From: a virus
Lineage: Duplodnaviria; Caudoviricetes
DNA: 64,000 bases
IMG/VR virus record: IMGVR_UViG_3300014204_000141
Span: 1-64,000 of that record
Reading direction: 5' to 3' (one strand)
Shown here piece after piece: positions 46,301 to 55,559 of the stretch (position 1 is the stretch's first letter; every line of letters starts with the position of its first letter). The position numbers were made by a program, and so were the translations under genes. The notes beneath the pieces are model-generated. The model saw only the letters and a program-made list of their open reading frames with translations. It ran no database searches and was not told the DNA's origin.

Positions 46301-49300
46301 ATTGGCGATGAATAATATGTCTCAGAAACGGTTTACATCATTTTTATATGGTGTGTTAAAAACAAAAGGTGTGATTGATAAGAATGTTGTATATAATGAA
46401 GGAAAAGATTCTATTACCACACCAGTTGGAACATTTACAAGGAATAAATTAGGTATATTTGGTAGATCTTCAACAAGACAAGATTTATCTTTTGCGCAAG
46501 ATGTTATTAGGAGTATCCAACCAGTAACAGGTTTTGCGCCAGTTCCATCAAATATTCAAAAAAGTGTAGATATTATATCAAGAATGTCTGGAGATATAAG
46601 ATTACTTCACACAGGATTAGGTGTAAATGTTGAAAATGCATTTGCTATGATGTTTTCTAAATGTTTGCGCGACTTATCTGTTAAATACGTATCAATAGCG
46701 CCTACGGAGTGTTTAAAATTTTTAAAATCGTGTGGTAGTTCGTGGCGCGAAGAAAATTTGCGGCCCCAACACATGTTGCCGAGTTCAGTCAATCAAAATC
46801 AAGAAGCTATGCAATTATATAGCAATCACCCTGATTTATCTCTACCATATTCAGCTAATAATTTTTTGACTGTACCAGCAGATTTCTTTTTCCAAAAAAA
46901 TATAATTCAATACGATTCCGAACAAATAAATGAGAAATTTAAATCTATAGAAACAATGATGAATAATATTTGGAAATCTGAATTAATCGAAGGCGCGTGC
47001 ATGGTTGCTAATCCCGAATATGCTAAACTTATTTCCGATTATCCTCTGACTGCAACCGGTAGTGATTATGCGAATTGGATTAAATATAAATGGATGCAAT
47101 TTCCAGATCCTCGTAGTTCAACTGGCGCAAAAACATCTGGGGTAGTTTTAAAAGATGCTGCGGATAGGATTAAATTATTTAAACATGTTAAAGGTAATGT
47201 TTATATTAAAAGTGAACCCAATGTTGATTTTTTAAAAGAAAAAGTTCCGGCTGTATATAATCTATGGTATAAAAATATTCAGCATCTATCATTTGAAAGA
47301 AAAATGGAAATGTGTTCAAATTTAAGTGAATTTGCCAAACGTCAAGCCGTGATAATGCAGGCGATGATTGTTGCTGGTGGTTATTTAAATTTGGTAGAGA
47401 GTAGAAAAAATCATATGGAAACCAATAGCACTAAAGCTATGGGTTTATCATTAGATAAATTAACACAAATTACTACGGAAAAATTTAATCAGATTTGGGC
47501 TGCTTCATATGAAACCGATAATTCACTTTTGGGTTCGGTAACGCCATGGTCATTGGCAGTGATTGATGACGTTAAACACCGTATTAAGGAATCCTATACT
47601 AATTATTGTGCGCGAGACAATACCTTGACCATGGAACGTGCTTTTCCCACATTTAAACTCTTTTTTATTGAAGAAGATGCACACGAATGGGGCGCATTTG
47701 ATGACTACTATATGTATAATGCCGTATCCAGTGTTGATGTAATAGATTCATCTAAATCAGCTGGTGCTGTTGCTAGTATTGTCTTAAGTAACATGTCAGG
47801 CAACTTATCTGATCCCTATTCAGTCTATGCAAGAGAAACACAATTTGCTAAGGATAATGCTGGTACAATTCAATCCGTAGAACAAACACAACAGGAACAA
47901 ATACTAGCCACACTTTTTTTACGTGAAGGTGTGACGATAATGATTAAAGCTGGTTATAGTTCTAATGTCGATGATCTTGATACTATATTTATGGGTAAAG
48001 TTGTATCTGTATCACCTGGTGAACAGGTTAACATAGTAGCGCATGGTTTTGGTGCGGAATTACTTGAGGTTGTTAACAAAGGTATAGAACAAAAATTAGG
48101 TTGTTCCAGTCCAGCTCGTAGTCAAGGTGATGTTGTATTATGGGCTGGCGGAACCCTGACAGGATTAGAACATTTTGGGTTACCTAATGTGTTTGAGAAA
48201 TTAGGTTTACGCGGTTCTCCACATGGTGATATTTTACTGTCTCCGCAAAAATGGAGAAATGCGGATATTTATAAGGATATATTTCATCCTGTTTTTGATT
48301 TGTATTTTAAATTTGGTGTATTTGATCCTAGATATGAGAATATTTATCTGCCTTATACGAAAATGTCTTTAGGGTTTTGGGGTCGTTTTGTTAATGCTCT
48401 TGTACCGTATGAAAAAAATTTAACTAAAGTTGCGACGCGTGTAGCCATGGCTATTGCTATTGTTGCTTTTTGTATATTAGTACCCGGAGTTGGTGTTGGT
48501 GTTATAACTAGCATATACGGATTAAGTTTTGCTGCAGGTTTTACGACAACCACTCTCGCATTAACTAGTTTAAATGCATGGGTCTATGGTGTTGCCATTT
48601 TAGGTAGTTATTTGGGTATAGGTGCAATAGACGCTTTAGCAGGTGGTAATTATGGTGAATTAGGTGCTATAACATATGATTGGCTTATAGAAAAAAATAA
48701 AACAATGTTTGATTTACTTCAGGAAATATGTTTGTATTGGGAAGATTATATAGTTACTGTATTACCATATAACCAAAATCTACCCGGACAAATGCGACAA
48801 ACAATTTATGTTGGTCCTAGGAATGGTTTGTATAAATACACAGATGTTTTTGATTCGAGTACAGATTTTTCAGATTTTATAAAACGTCTGCAACACGGAA
48901 AAAGCGCAGATCCCAGACTCGATGATAATGAAACATTACAAGAAGCATATGATAAAAAATCTGAATTAGAAAATGATGTGGTTGCGGCTAGAACTGATTT
49001 ATTAGAAGTAGAAAAGGATACTTCAATATCAAATTATGATGAACAAGTATCAAAAGCAAGAAAAGATGTTGTAGATAAAGAACGACTATATCAACTAAAA
49101 GAACAAAAACTCGCGGGTTATGATTATAAAACCGCTGATGAACAACAATATAATATTAATAATGCTTTGGTGATGTTGGCGATAAATAATCCCGGTGATA
49201 TGTATACGACATCATCATATACAGATGCAAAAGGGAAACCTCAAACTTCTGTAACAAAACAAGTTGGATATATGCCTGTCGTAAATTATCATTCGCTTAC

Positions 49301-50246
49301 AAGTTTTAATCATATTATTGAAAACAATATCAGAGCAACATCCGAAGAACTGTATAACCATGTTATTTTACAATATAGTGAAGATCCTGGCGATACAATG
49401 AAGTATACTAAAGAGTTTTTTGCCGATGACAATATTCGTGGCGGAAATTTGCGCACGTACACAACTGAAGCCACTAATGTTGATCCTATGAGTTTTCCCA
49501 TAACACCAGCAGATGTTGATGTATGGATGGAAACACATCTTCGTTTAGGTGCGAAACCCACACTGCCGCGTGGATATATGGTGGGTTACAATGTTCTGGC
49601 GCGAATGATGAGACCTATGTATAGAGGTGAAATTAAGGTTATAGGCATGCCGCAAATACATCCCTTTGACGTTTGTTTATTAGAGGATTACGCCAATGAA
49701 ATGATAGGTCCATTTGAAGTTGAGACAATACATCATCACTTTGACCAAGACGGTTTTACCACTGCCATTACTCCTAATGCTATAGTTGCTTACCAACATC
49801 CGGGCAAAACTTTAGAGTTATACATTCAAAATAGTTTTAGTCTTCCCTATGTGGGAAAACTCAGAAGTTTTGGTACTGTTAGAGCCGCTGCCGGTGGTGC
49901 CGCAGCAACAGTTGCGACACTTGGTGTGGGTGCGATGAAACTGGCAAGTTCAGCAGCGGCCACAATAGGCATGTCAAGCGCTTGGCTTGCTGTTCCTGTT
50001 GGACTGGCCGCTAGTTTTTTCACTGCTAAAGCAGCCGCCGGTATTTGGTGTTGGGGTTTGGGTAAGGCCATGGGTAGAGACATTATTCACGTATCAGGCT
50101 TATGGTATAAAAATCAACCCTATGTTGCGGGTTTAGAAGGTGCGTATAAGGACGATATTACTGTACATATGTTAGATAATATATCAAGACTTGCCGATTA
50201 CTCAAGAGAAATTGGAAATATTATGAATAATATCGGAGGCGAGTAA
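43395..50246 (+). CDS. giant baseplate hub (gp27/gpD-like C-terminal half) with TM-like inserts
   Basis: I.IKAGYS.N...L.TIF.G.V and YRGEIKVIG.P.I.P.D...L.D....M.G.FEVE.I.H.F...GF.T.ITP hub patterns; upstream of baseplate genes. Confidence 0.65.
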   Translation: MVAKTTVENPGFALASANTLNTYAGFISTMEDVYVANGMVSAVKGTTFSVKLSHRNEPIKITLDGVSSEIDLSSKFAQYIGQTVTVLVKKDVYKTGVLFLPERECINDDAITKNGAGLIPSQNSLFKKAYLSAKRTEVSTGISKYEKDGWVDESGKSKPGACQIGFLWLYVPPQDIKCIHANVNQTISTIRTPGNPKLKTGQEEMRIEMSLIFPSLDDINRRLRPLIAQFIRSPFLPIENEHIRGFAYPDVQWSMKGSGNTNFNQKERSVDINNPDSFINETTEYQKKINKAVTTQSKNTETNIDENSKDMELYREAVKTLTELKTELNGYFKSKKLTNSISLYDRLLIIPPKLDVCEMSNSISEYKLVTTNFKTFLKNYGSKTAKDVKNQILVLLNCISSSLSHYNDILKGLNIKSKNFIKNIQTKEQIKNKYTKHAGDMYADNTLVVALRDLTLSTMPGYPEALQCHLVLTIFNYDPYSRDFAFLGDFDSVVRQIECISQTRNMRYPDFEDNLIKNDKPVLAPLDQQEMQITHNISECMPFIEYVAPLLTGKGTDITCNPKFNLRDKPSATISERTIRFAAPSNYLHSISQAEAFQRFDLRYEMTENNIEYQALLDSIVSRTSSELYAELLSRLQQSYSLTQVGMDSLFEFVKIFYSYCSFQWLSTQKEVMLEGLSSSDVKVDFIINPFYKGMPETFTTVGKLYAWLQTHGYADVLESAKTAIELQTRSNRGLQNIYNFSIRNSRDLVINGITASYSTKLATVPVVGYRIPTLQYMGRNDWYININLQTSNFFFIRAFRSLMEIAARSRILRNKTQKMYFIAESNAAEFSPELSENTVDPSNGLTAFLGIRNVLFDNCTYETIKDKPGWWNVNITMVQADLPLLSYESLLPMNQYDAGVLQDIDLNLKKMTQKFRRNQEDPATFRYKYFYPAITSFVKGYLKYVLGDIDSAESLISDLGDGNLLDKVLAMNNMSQKRFTSFLYGVLKTKGVIDKNVVYNEGKDSITTPVGTFTRNKLGIFGRSSTRQDLSFAQDVIRSIQPVTGFAPVPSNIQKSVDIISRMSGDIRLLHTGLGVNVENAFAMMFSKCLRDLSVKYVSIAPTECLKFLKSCGSSWREENLRPQHMLPSSVNQNQEAMQLYSNHPDLSLPYSANNFLTVPADFFFQKNIIQYDSEQINEKFKSIETMMNNIWKSELIEGACMVANPEYAKLISDYPLTATGSDYANWIKYKWMQFPDPRSSTGAKTSGVVLKDAADRIKLFKHVKGNVYIKSEPNVDFLKEKVPAVYNLWYKNIQHLSFERKMEMCSNLSEFAKRQAVIMQAMIVAGGYLNLVESRKNHMETNSTKAMGLSLDKLTQITTEKFNQIWAASYETDNSLLGSVTPWSLAVIDDVKHRIKESYTNYCARDNTLTMERAFPTFKLFFIEEDAHEWGAFDDYYMYNAVSSVDVIDSSKSAGAVASIVLSNMSGNLSDPYSVYARETQFAKDNAGTIQSVEQTQQEQILATLFLREGVTIMIKAGYSSNVDDLDTIFMGKVVSVSPGEQVNIVAHGFGAELLEVVNKGIEQKLGCSSPARSQGDVVLWAGGTLTGLEHFGLPNVFEKLGLRGSPHGDILLSPQKWRNADIYKDIFHPVFDLYFKFGVFDPRYENIYLPYTKMSLGFWGRFVNALVPYEKNLTKVATRVAMAIAIVAFCILVPGVGVGVITSIYGLSFAAGFTTTTLALTSLNAWVYGVAILGSYLGIGAIDALAGGNYGELGAITYDWLIEKNKTMFDLLQEICLYWEDYIVTVLPYNQNLPGQMRQTIYVGPRNGLYKYTDVFDSSTDFSDFIKRLQHGKSADPRLDDNETLQEAYDKKSELENDVVAARTDLLEVEKDTSISNYDEQVSKARKDVVDKERLYQLKEQKLAGYDYKTADEQQYNINNALVMLAINNPGDMYTTSSYTDAKGKPQTSVTKQVGYMPVVNYHSLTSFNHIIENNIRATSEELYNHVILQYSEDPGDTMKYTKEFFADDNIRGGNLRTYTTEATNVDPMSFPITPADVDVWMETHLRLGAKPTLPRGYMVGYNVLARMMRPMYRGEIKVIGMPQIHPFDVCLLEDYANEMIGPFEVETIHHHFDQDGFTTAITPNAIVAYQHPGKTLELYIQNSFSLPYVGKLRSFGTVRAAAGGAAATVATLGVGAMKLASSAAATIGMSSAWLAVPVGLAASFFTAKAAAGIWCWGLGKAMGRDIIHVSGLWYKNQPYVAGLEGAYKDDITVHMLDNISRLADYSREIGNIMNNIGGE

Positions 50247-50902
50247 TGTCAAGAATTATATCTTTAAAAGAAAATGAATATGAAATTATTTATCCTGAAC
50301 CTACGGTCGGTAGGGATTATGATATAGTTATAAAAATTCTTGATGTTAATAAAATCAAAGATGTCGCAAATATGAATGCTAGTATTTTTGCTATAGTTGC
50401 ATATTCATATGGTGTTGTTGATACAACTATAAAATCTTCAGACTATGAGTGTTTGCTAATATATCAAGACAATAATAGAGCGTATTATCCGGTTGCAATT
50501 TTTAATAGACGCGCTGAAACTGTTTTATCAAATACCGACCCATCTCTACCAACTAAAGAACGACAAGTTTTTGATCCTAAAGTTGGCAAAGAATACAGAG
50601 GTATACAGAGTCGGGATGGAACAAAAGCGGTGTATGTATCTGATGCTGTTGTTGAAATAACAGCGGGTAAAACTAAATTAGGTATATCCGAATCCAGTAT
50701 AATTATTGATGGACCAGTTATAGAATACAACATGCCCAGTAAGTCTCAAGGTGGATTGTTCAAAGAAACAGGTATTTTAAGATTATTACCTAAATGTTTT
50801 TTACCACCTTTTGCTATACCCGATTACTTGCCCGATGTTGTATTTATGGGTAGAGTTGCAAATACAATGAAAATCATTAAAGATGCGTTGAAGGTTTTAT
50901 AA
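50246..50902 (+). CDS. putative baseplate spike/gpV-like protein
   Basis: Follows the hub; short beta repeats VEITAGKTKLGISESSIIIDG. Confidence 0.45.
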   Translation: MSRIISLKENEYEIIYPEPTVGRDYDIVIKILDVNKIKDVANMNASIFAIVAYSYGVVDTTIKSSDYECLLIYQDNNRAYYPVAIFNRRAETVLSNTDPSLPTKERQVFDPKVGKEYRGIQSRDGTKAVYVSDAVVEITAGKTKLGISESSIIIDGPVIEYNMPSKSQGGLFKETGILRLLPKCFLPPFAIPDYLPDVVFMGRVANTMKIIKDALKVL

Positions 50903-50912
50903 GAGGTGTATT

Positions 50913-51371
50913 ATGTATGAAGGCGATTTAGGTGTTGATGAAAGTGTTAATTTTTTATTAGAAAACGGTGATTTTGTTGTAACAGGTTCTGATAAACAAC
51001 TTATTATCATGGCATTTCAGACATCAAGAGGGTCTTGGAATGAATATCCAACATTTGGTGTTGGTTTTAATCTTGTTTATGGTGCTTTTGGTCAAGAAAT
51101 AGGTCAACAGATATCGGATTTAAAAAAGAGATTGAATTTGTTTATGATGGATTATGGTATATTGTTTGATTATGAATTTACTATTATTGATAAAGAAACC
51201 GCTGATTTCACATTTTCAGTTTTAAATAGTGATGTAGTCGCTGATATGTCATTCGCATATAATTTTGAATTGGGTGTGTTTACATTTATAGAATCTATAG
51301 TTGATAACACAAATACCGTGGTTTCGCAACCCCTGACAAAAAATAGGTATTTGAGGAGAAAAAATGGATAA
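50913..51371 (+). CDS. putative baseplate wedge/sheath initiator (gp25-like)
   Basis: D......L.NGDF, T.RG.W..YP.FG; directly upstream of baseplate J. Confidence 0.6.
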   Translation: MYEGDLGVDESVNFLLENGDFVVTGSDKQLIIMAFQTSRGSWNEYPTFGVGFNLVYGAFGQEIGQQISDLKKRLNLFMMDYGILFDYEFTIIDKETADFTFSVLNSDVVADMSFAYNFELGVFTFIESIVDNTNTVVSQPLTKNRYLRRKNG

Positions 51372-52563
51372 ATCCGATATTTTTGTAAGATTAAGTGATC
51401 AAATCAGAACCGATACTAACAATAAACTAAGAAATTTTTCACAGGGATCATTGGCAAGAGCAAACCTTAAAGCCAATATTGATTTGATTGATGAATATAG
51501 TGGTGAAGTCGATACCAAGTTATTTCAATCGCACCTGTCCACAGCAACTGGTGAAAATTTAGATGAGTTGATAAAATTTTTAGGTATTGATAGTAGAAAA
51601 CAAGCAACTTTTTCCACAAGTCAACTTGTAATTACAATAGATCCATTGAGTGGTCAAACAGTTGAAACATTAAAAGATATTATAGAGGAAAAATCAGGAA
51701 CAAGACCTGATGACATAAAAATTATAGCTGATACCGAATTCACTAATGAAACCAACACCATTTTCTTTTCCGCTGTTAGTGATGTTTCATTATTAGATTC
51801 AGGGGTTGCCGTTGAAATATTATCACAAAATAATGGCAGTTATGGTAATACCGGTGCCGGTACCATAACTAAATTTTCTATGATTCCTCCGGAACTGTCT
51901 TATATTAGTGAATATTTAATAATTACTAATCCCATAGCCATAGACAATGCCAGCGATGACGAAAGTGACGACAATCTCAGATACAGAGGATTTAATGCGT
52001 TTCAAGCTCAAGGCGGTGGTAATTTAATAGCCATAAGACTTGCGGCGTTGGGTGTGCCAGGAGTCGCAGATGTAATATTGAAACCTCTAGCTTATGGTTT
52101 AAGCACTATAGGTGTTTTTGTTATGTCCCAATCACCTATTGTATCTGAAGGTTTACTTGGTGCTGTTCGGGAAGCCACATCAAGAGTAGAATCCGGCGGA
52201 AACACTGTTGTTGTTTCTTCGCCAGATTATATAGCAATTAAACTTAAATTGTTTTTAGAGTTTAAATCCGGTGTATCAGACACTGATAAAAATGGTGTTG
52301 TTGATATTGTCTTAAAAAATGTAACAGCGTATATCAACAGTCTTCGTGTTGAAGAAGAATTTTTGCCACAACAAATTACAAATATCGCGTATAATGCAAC
52401 TAATACGGTTAAAAAAGCGACTATATTAGAAATAGGCAGTGGTGATTATAACAAAGATAATGGATTGGTTGATTACTATACCGAATGTATGATATCACGT
52501 CTTTTGCCTGGTGTCAACGCTAAGTTTGTTAGTAATAGTAAATTATTAACAGTTTGTTGGTAA
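51364..52563 (+). CDS. baseplate J-like protein
   Basis: GSLAR, TATGENLD, G..GN..AG.I, D.ESDD.LR.R, AL.VPGVADV. Confidence 0.88.
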   Translation: MDKSDIFVRLSDQIRTDTNNKLRNFSQGSLARANLKANIDLIDEYSGEVDTKLFQSHLSTATGENLDELIKFLGIDSRKQATFSTSQLVITIDPLSGQTVETLKDIIEEKSGTRPDDIKIIADTEFTNETNTIFFSAVSDVSLLDSGVAVEILSQNNGSYGNTGAGTITKFSMIPPELSYISEYLIITNPIAIDNASDDESDDNLRYRGFNAFQAQGGGNLIAIRLAALGVPGVADVILKPLAYGLSTIGVFVMSQSPIVSEGLLGAVREATSRVESGGNTVVVSSPDYIAIKLKLFLEFKSGVSDTDKNGVVDIVLKNVTAYINSLRVEEEFLPQQITNIAYNATNTVKKATILEIGSGDYNKDNGLVDYYTECMISRLLPGVNAKFVSNSKLLTVCW

Positions 52564-52574
52564 AGGAGTTGTTT

Positions 52575-53792
52575 ATGTTTAAATCAAAATATATAGAACG
52601 GTTGTTCTCGGGGTTTCCTAAGAATTTTGCTTTTACCACAGATAAAAACGATCCAATGTTTATTTTTACTAATACTATTTCTTTTTTTGCTGGTTTATTG
52701 CATAAAAAACAATTAGATAAAGCAGACAATCTCTCTATTGATCGAGCTAATCCCATAACACCTTCGGGGTGTTATGAATTATCAGTAACAAATCCTGAAA
52801 ATATAGAGTTTGAATCTATAGATGATAACCCCACACTACTTAAAAAGACAGAAGCCGAGTTTGTAGAAAATGAATTTACGGGGTTAGAGTATGTTTCCAC
52901 CATAACACCATCTGGTGTCATGGGAAGTGGAATAGTGGGGATATCTTTTGCTTATGATGCCGATGGGAGCGAGTTTCATCTGACTTTTGATGGTGATTAT
53001 TATATTCACAATTATTATCTAAATGAGGAAGATTATATAGATCCATCTATAACATTTGACAATGAACCCGAACATAATGAAACAAATATTATAGAACAAA
53101 AATATGAAAATACGGGTTTTGATGAATATTTACATATAGTAAATGAATTAGTAACATTAGTTGATTCTGACGATGATGATATGAGTTTGGTTTATGCTGG
53201 CCCATCAGGTATTAATTCATATTTATTTGATATCACTCAAGTCTATAATGTTTCAGAGACCATCAATGATTATATATTTGTTAATGATATATGGGGACCT
53301 TATAAAGTTGTTAGTGCTTGGTCTTGTAACACCAATCAGTGGTTGTTAACCCTAGATGCGGCGTTAGACCCTCATATTATCGCATCTACCGCGTTTATTC
53401 TCAAAGGGTATAGGAAGACAGCTGTATTGGCTCACACACCTATAGAAAACGAAACTGTAGATGTTATAGATGTTTTGAATCTGCAAACTCCTGGTGTTGA
53501 TGATGCTAGTGGTAGAATTGTTAATATTGAGGATTATAGAGTAGTCGATGATAAGATTATATTTAATCTTACTCGTTCAGATTATAATCCTGATTCTGTT
53601 ATTACTGTATTTAATGATAATGGACTACCTACAACTACATATTCAAATACAAATTATCAACCTGACGAATCATTTTCATCAACATATATATGTGAATATA
53701 AGTATAGATTAGATGGTAAGCCCAAATATTTGACTGAAACTGTGTCAAGACATAATTTGTGTTGTAAAAGTACGACAGTATTTAGCACGTAA
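52575..53792 (+). CDS. acidic baseplate/tail-associated protein
   Basis: AAGGAG RBS; acidic and beta-rich; follows baseplate J. Confidence 0.6.
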   Translation: MFKSKYIERLFSGFPKNFAFTTDKNDPMFIFTNTISFFAGLLHKKQLDKADNLSIDRANPITPSGCYELSVTNPENIEFESIDDNPTLLKKTEAEFVENEFTGLEYVSTITPSGVMGSGIVGISFAYDADGSEFHLTFDGDYYIHNYYLNEEDYIDPSITFDNEPEHNETNIIEQKYENTGFDEYLHIVNELVTLVDSDDDDMSLVYAGPSGINSYLFDITQVYNVSETINDYIFVNDIWGPYKVVSAWSCNTNQWLLTLDAALDPHIIASTAFILKGYRKTAVLAHTPIENETVDVIDVLNLQTPGVDDASGRIVNIEDYRVVDDKIIFNLTRSDYNPDSVITVFNDNGLPTTTYSNTNYQPDESFSSTYICEYKYRLDGKPKYLTETVSRHNLCCKSTTVFST

Positions 53793-53829
53793 AGTTAAAA
53801 ATTGTCCGTCTTTGGAGATATAATATATT

Positions 53830-54810
53830 ATGGAATACGCTCAAACAATTGCAGGTGCTTTTGCTGAATCGTCTTTAGTATTAAGACCAGGTAGTGTTTG
53901 TTCTGTAAACATTGTCTATCTCGTAACATCGGAGGTGGAATGGGATTCATCTACTGAATATACACATACATACAATGGGTTTATGGATAAGTACAGTGTT
54001 AAATCAACGTCAAATCTTGATTATGATAAAATATTGTCTCGGAGTGATACATTAAATACAACTACTCTTATAATTGAACCTATGGATATAGGAATAATTG
54101 ATATTACAATTTATTCTTATATGAATGTTACTGCGGATGTTGTGTCGAGGCCGGCGTTTTATAAAGATGGTTTAACAACAAATACAGATTATTATAAAGA
54201 CTATGAAGTGATTGATGGGATGGTTTATCCTAAAACTATTATTCCTTATACTTCAGTTATTGGTGATATAGAAGACATTGAAATATCATTTTATAGTGTT
54301 GATTTTGACAGATTAAATACTGGTATTGCAATTTTAGATGGGTTGTCTTGTAGTATTACCAATGATGGGTTTTTAACGTATAATGGTGACGGTCAATATG
54401 TGTTAAAATCTGGTAAAGAACGTGTTCTAATACCAGGAGATTGCGGTATAGATAAACAGTATATTATTAGGGAAGTTTTAAGTGATTATGAATTATACAT
54501 AATTAATCCGCGCTGGATATCTGGTGTTACCGAAGCCATGGGTGTGATTGTGTATGATGAATATTTATTATTATTGACAGACAATGGTTTATATGTTATT
54601 GATTTGTTAGGTAATGTCGATGAGTATAAATTTCATTATCCATCTATAAAAGGTACGGATTTGACATACGCAGTAGATGATTGTATATATGTTGCTAATG
54701 GTTATAATGTGGACAAATACAAGATGCGACACGACTTGTGTATGATTGACAATAATAATAAAAAAATATATTTTAGAGAAAAGAATCCTCATGTAAAGGT
54801 GCGGGAATGA
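53830..54810 (+). CDS. hypothetical virion protein (beta-propeller-like C-terminus)
   Basis: 326 aa; short beta-strand repeats. Confidence 0.6.
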   Translation: MEYAQTIAGAFAESSLVLRPGSVCSVNIVYLVTSEVEWDSSTEYTHTYNGFMDKYSVKSTSNLDYDKILSRSDTLNTTTLIIEPMDIGIIDITIYSYMNVTADVVSRPAFYKDGLTTNTDYYKDYEVIDGMVYPKTIIPYTSVIGDIEDIEISFYSVDFDRLNTGIAILDGLSCSITNDGFLTYNGDGQYVLKSGKERVLIPGDCGIDKQYIIREVLSDYELYIINPRWISGVTEAMGVIVYDEYLLLLTDNGLYVIDLLGNVDEYKFHYPSIKGTDLTYAVDDCIYVANGYNVDKYKMRHDLCMIDNNNKKIYFREKNPHVKVRE

Positions 54811-54941
54811 ACAAAAAACCATCAAAAAAATTTTTAAAACTCGAACGAAAAATCAAGACTTTATATAAAGCCGTGTCTGTAAAAGATCGAATTGGTTTTA
54901 TCAAAAATGTTAAAATTGTATTAGGTGGTAGAAATGATTAA
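54807..54941 (+). CDS. 44-aa basic protein (not in the ORF track)
   Basis: ATGA overlap with the upstream stop; bridges the gap to the next gene. Confidence 0.45.
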   Translation: MNKKPSKKFLKLERKIKTLYKAVSVKDRIGFIKNVKIVLGGRND

Positions 54942-55548
54942 AACCGAATTGGATTTAACACAAATGGTTGAAAAACAGATTTGGAACGCTTGGGATGAAA
55001 TGGCTGTATACAAGAGTCTGACGCGGCGACCACATGAACATAATTTAAAATTAAGATTACGTACACTTGCGGCTAAAGAATATGGTACAAACATACAGGG
55101 TATGATTAATGCGCTGTCGGATGCTTTTGATGCGGATAAGTATGTTGTTAGTGATAAAAAATTTTATTATTTAGTCAATATACCTCTTTCTCCTGATGCT
55201 TATGAAAAAATTAATATTAAAAATAAACCTGAATATGAACCTGTTGTTGTTACATATACTATAGATAGTGTTGATACGGTGTTGACGTTTACGGATGAAA
55301 CCGGAAATGCTAATGATACAACGAATAATTTGGTAAAATCTGTGGTCGCAGATTCATTCACAAGTTTTACACTTTGGCGAAATTTTAATGGTGAATTTGA
55401 ACGATTCATTGAAGTCTCTGTAGTACCAGATTCATTTTCTGTAGAATATTCTTATGTTGAAAATGGTGTAGTAATTAGGATTTTAGAACAACATACGAGA
55501 TTAGCACGCGCGGCGACAGGTGAAATTGAAGTTGTAGATGCTGAATAA
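54934..55548 (+). CDS. hypothetical baseplate-region protein
   Basis: D......L.R...E....LR.R motif reminiscent of wedge proteins. Confidence 0.6.
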   Translation: MIKTELDLTQMVEKQIWNAWDEMAVYKSLTRRPHEHNLKLRLRTLAAKEYGTNIQGMINALSDAFDADKYVVSDKKFYYLVNIPLSPDAYEKINIKNKPEYEPVVVTYTIDSVDTVLTFTDETGNANDTTNNLVKSVVADSFTSFTLWRNFNGEFERFIEVSVVPDSFSVEYSYVENGVVIRILEQHTRLARAATGEIEVVDAE

Positions 55549-55559
55549 AAGGAGGATAA

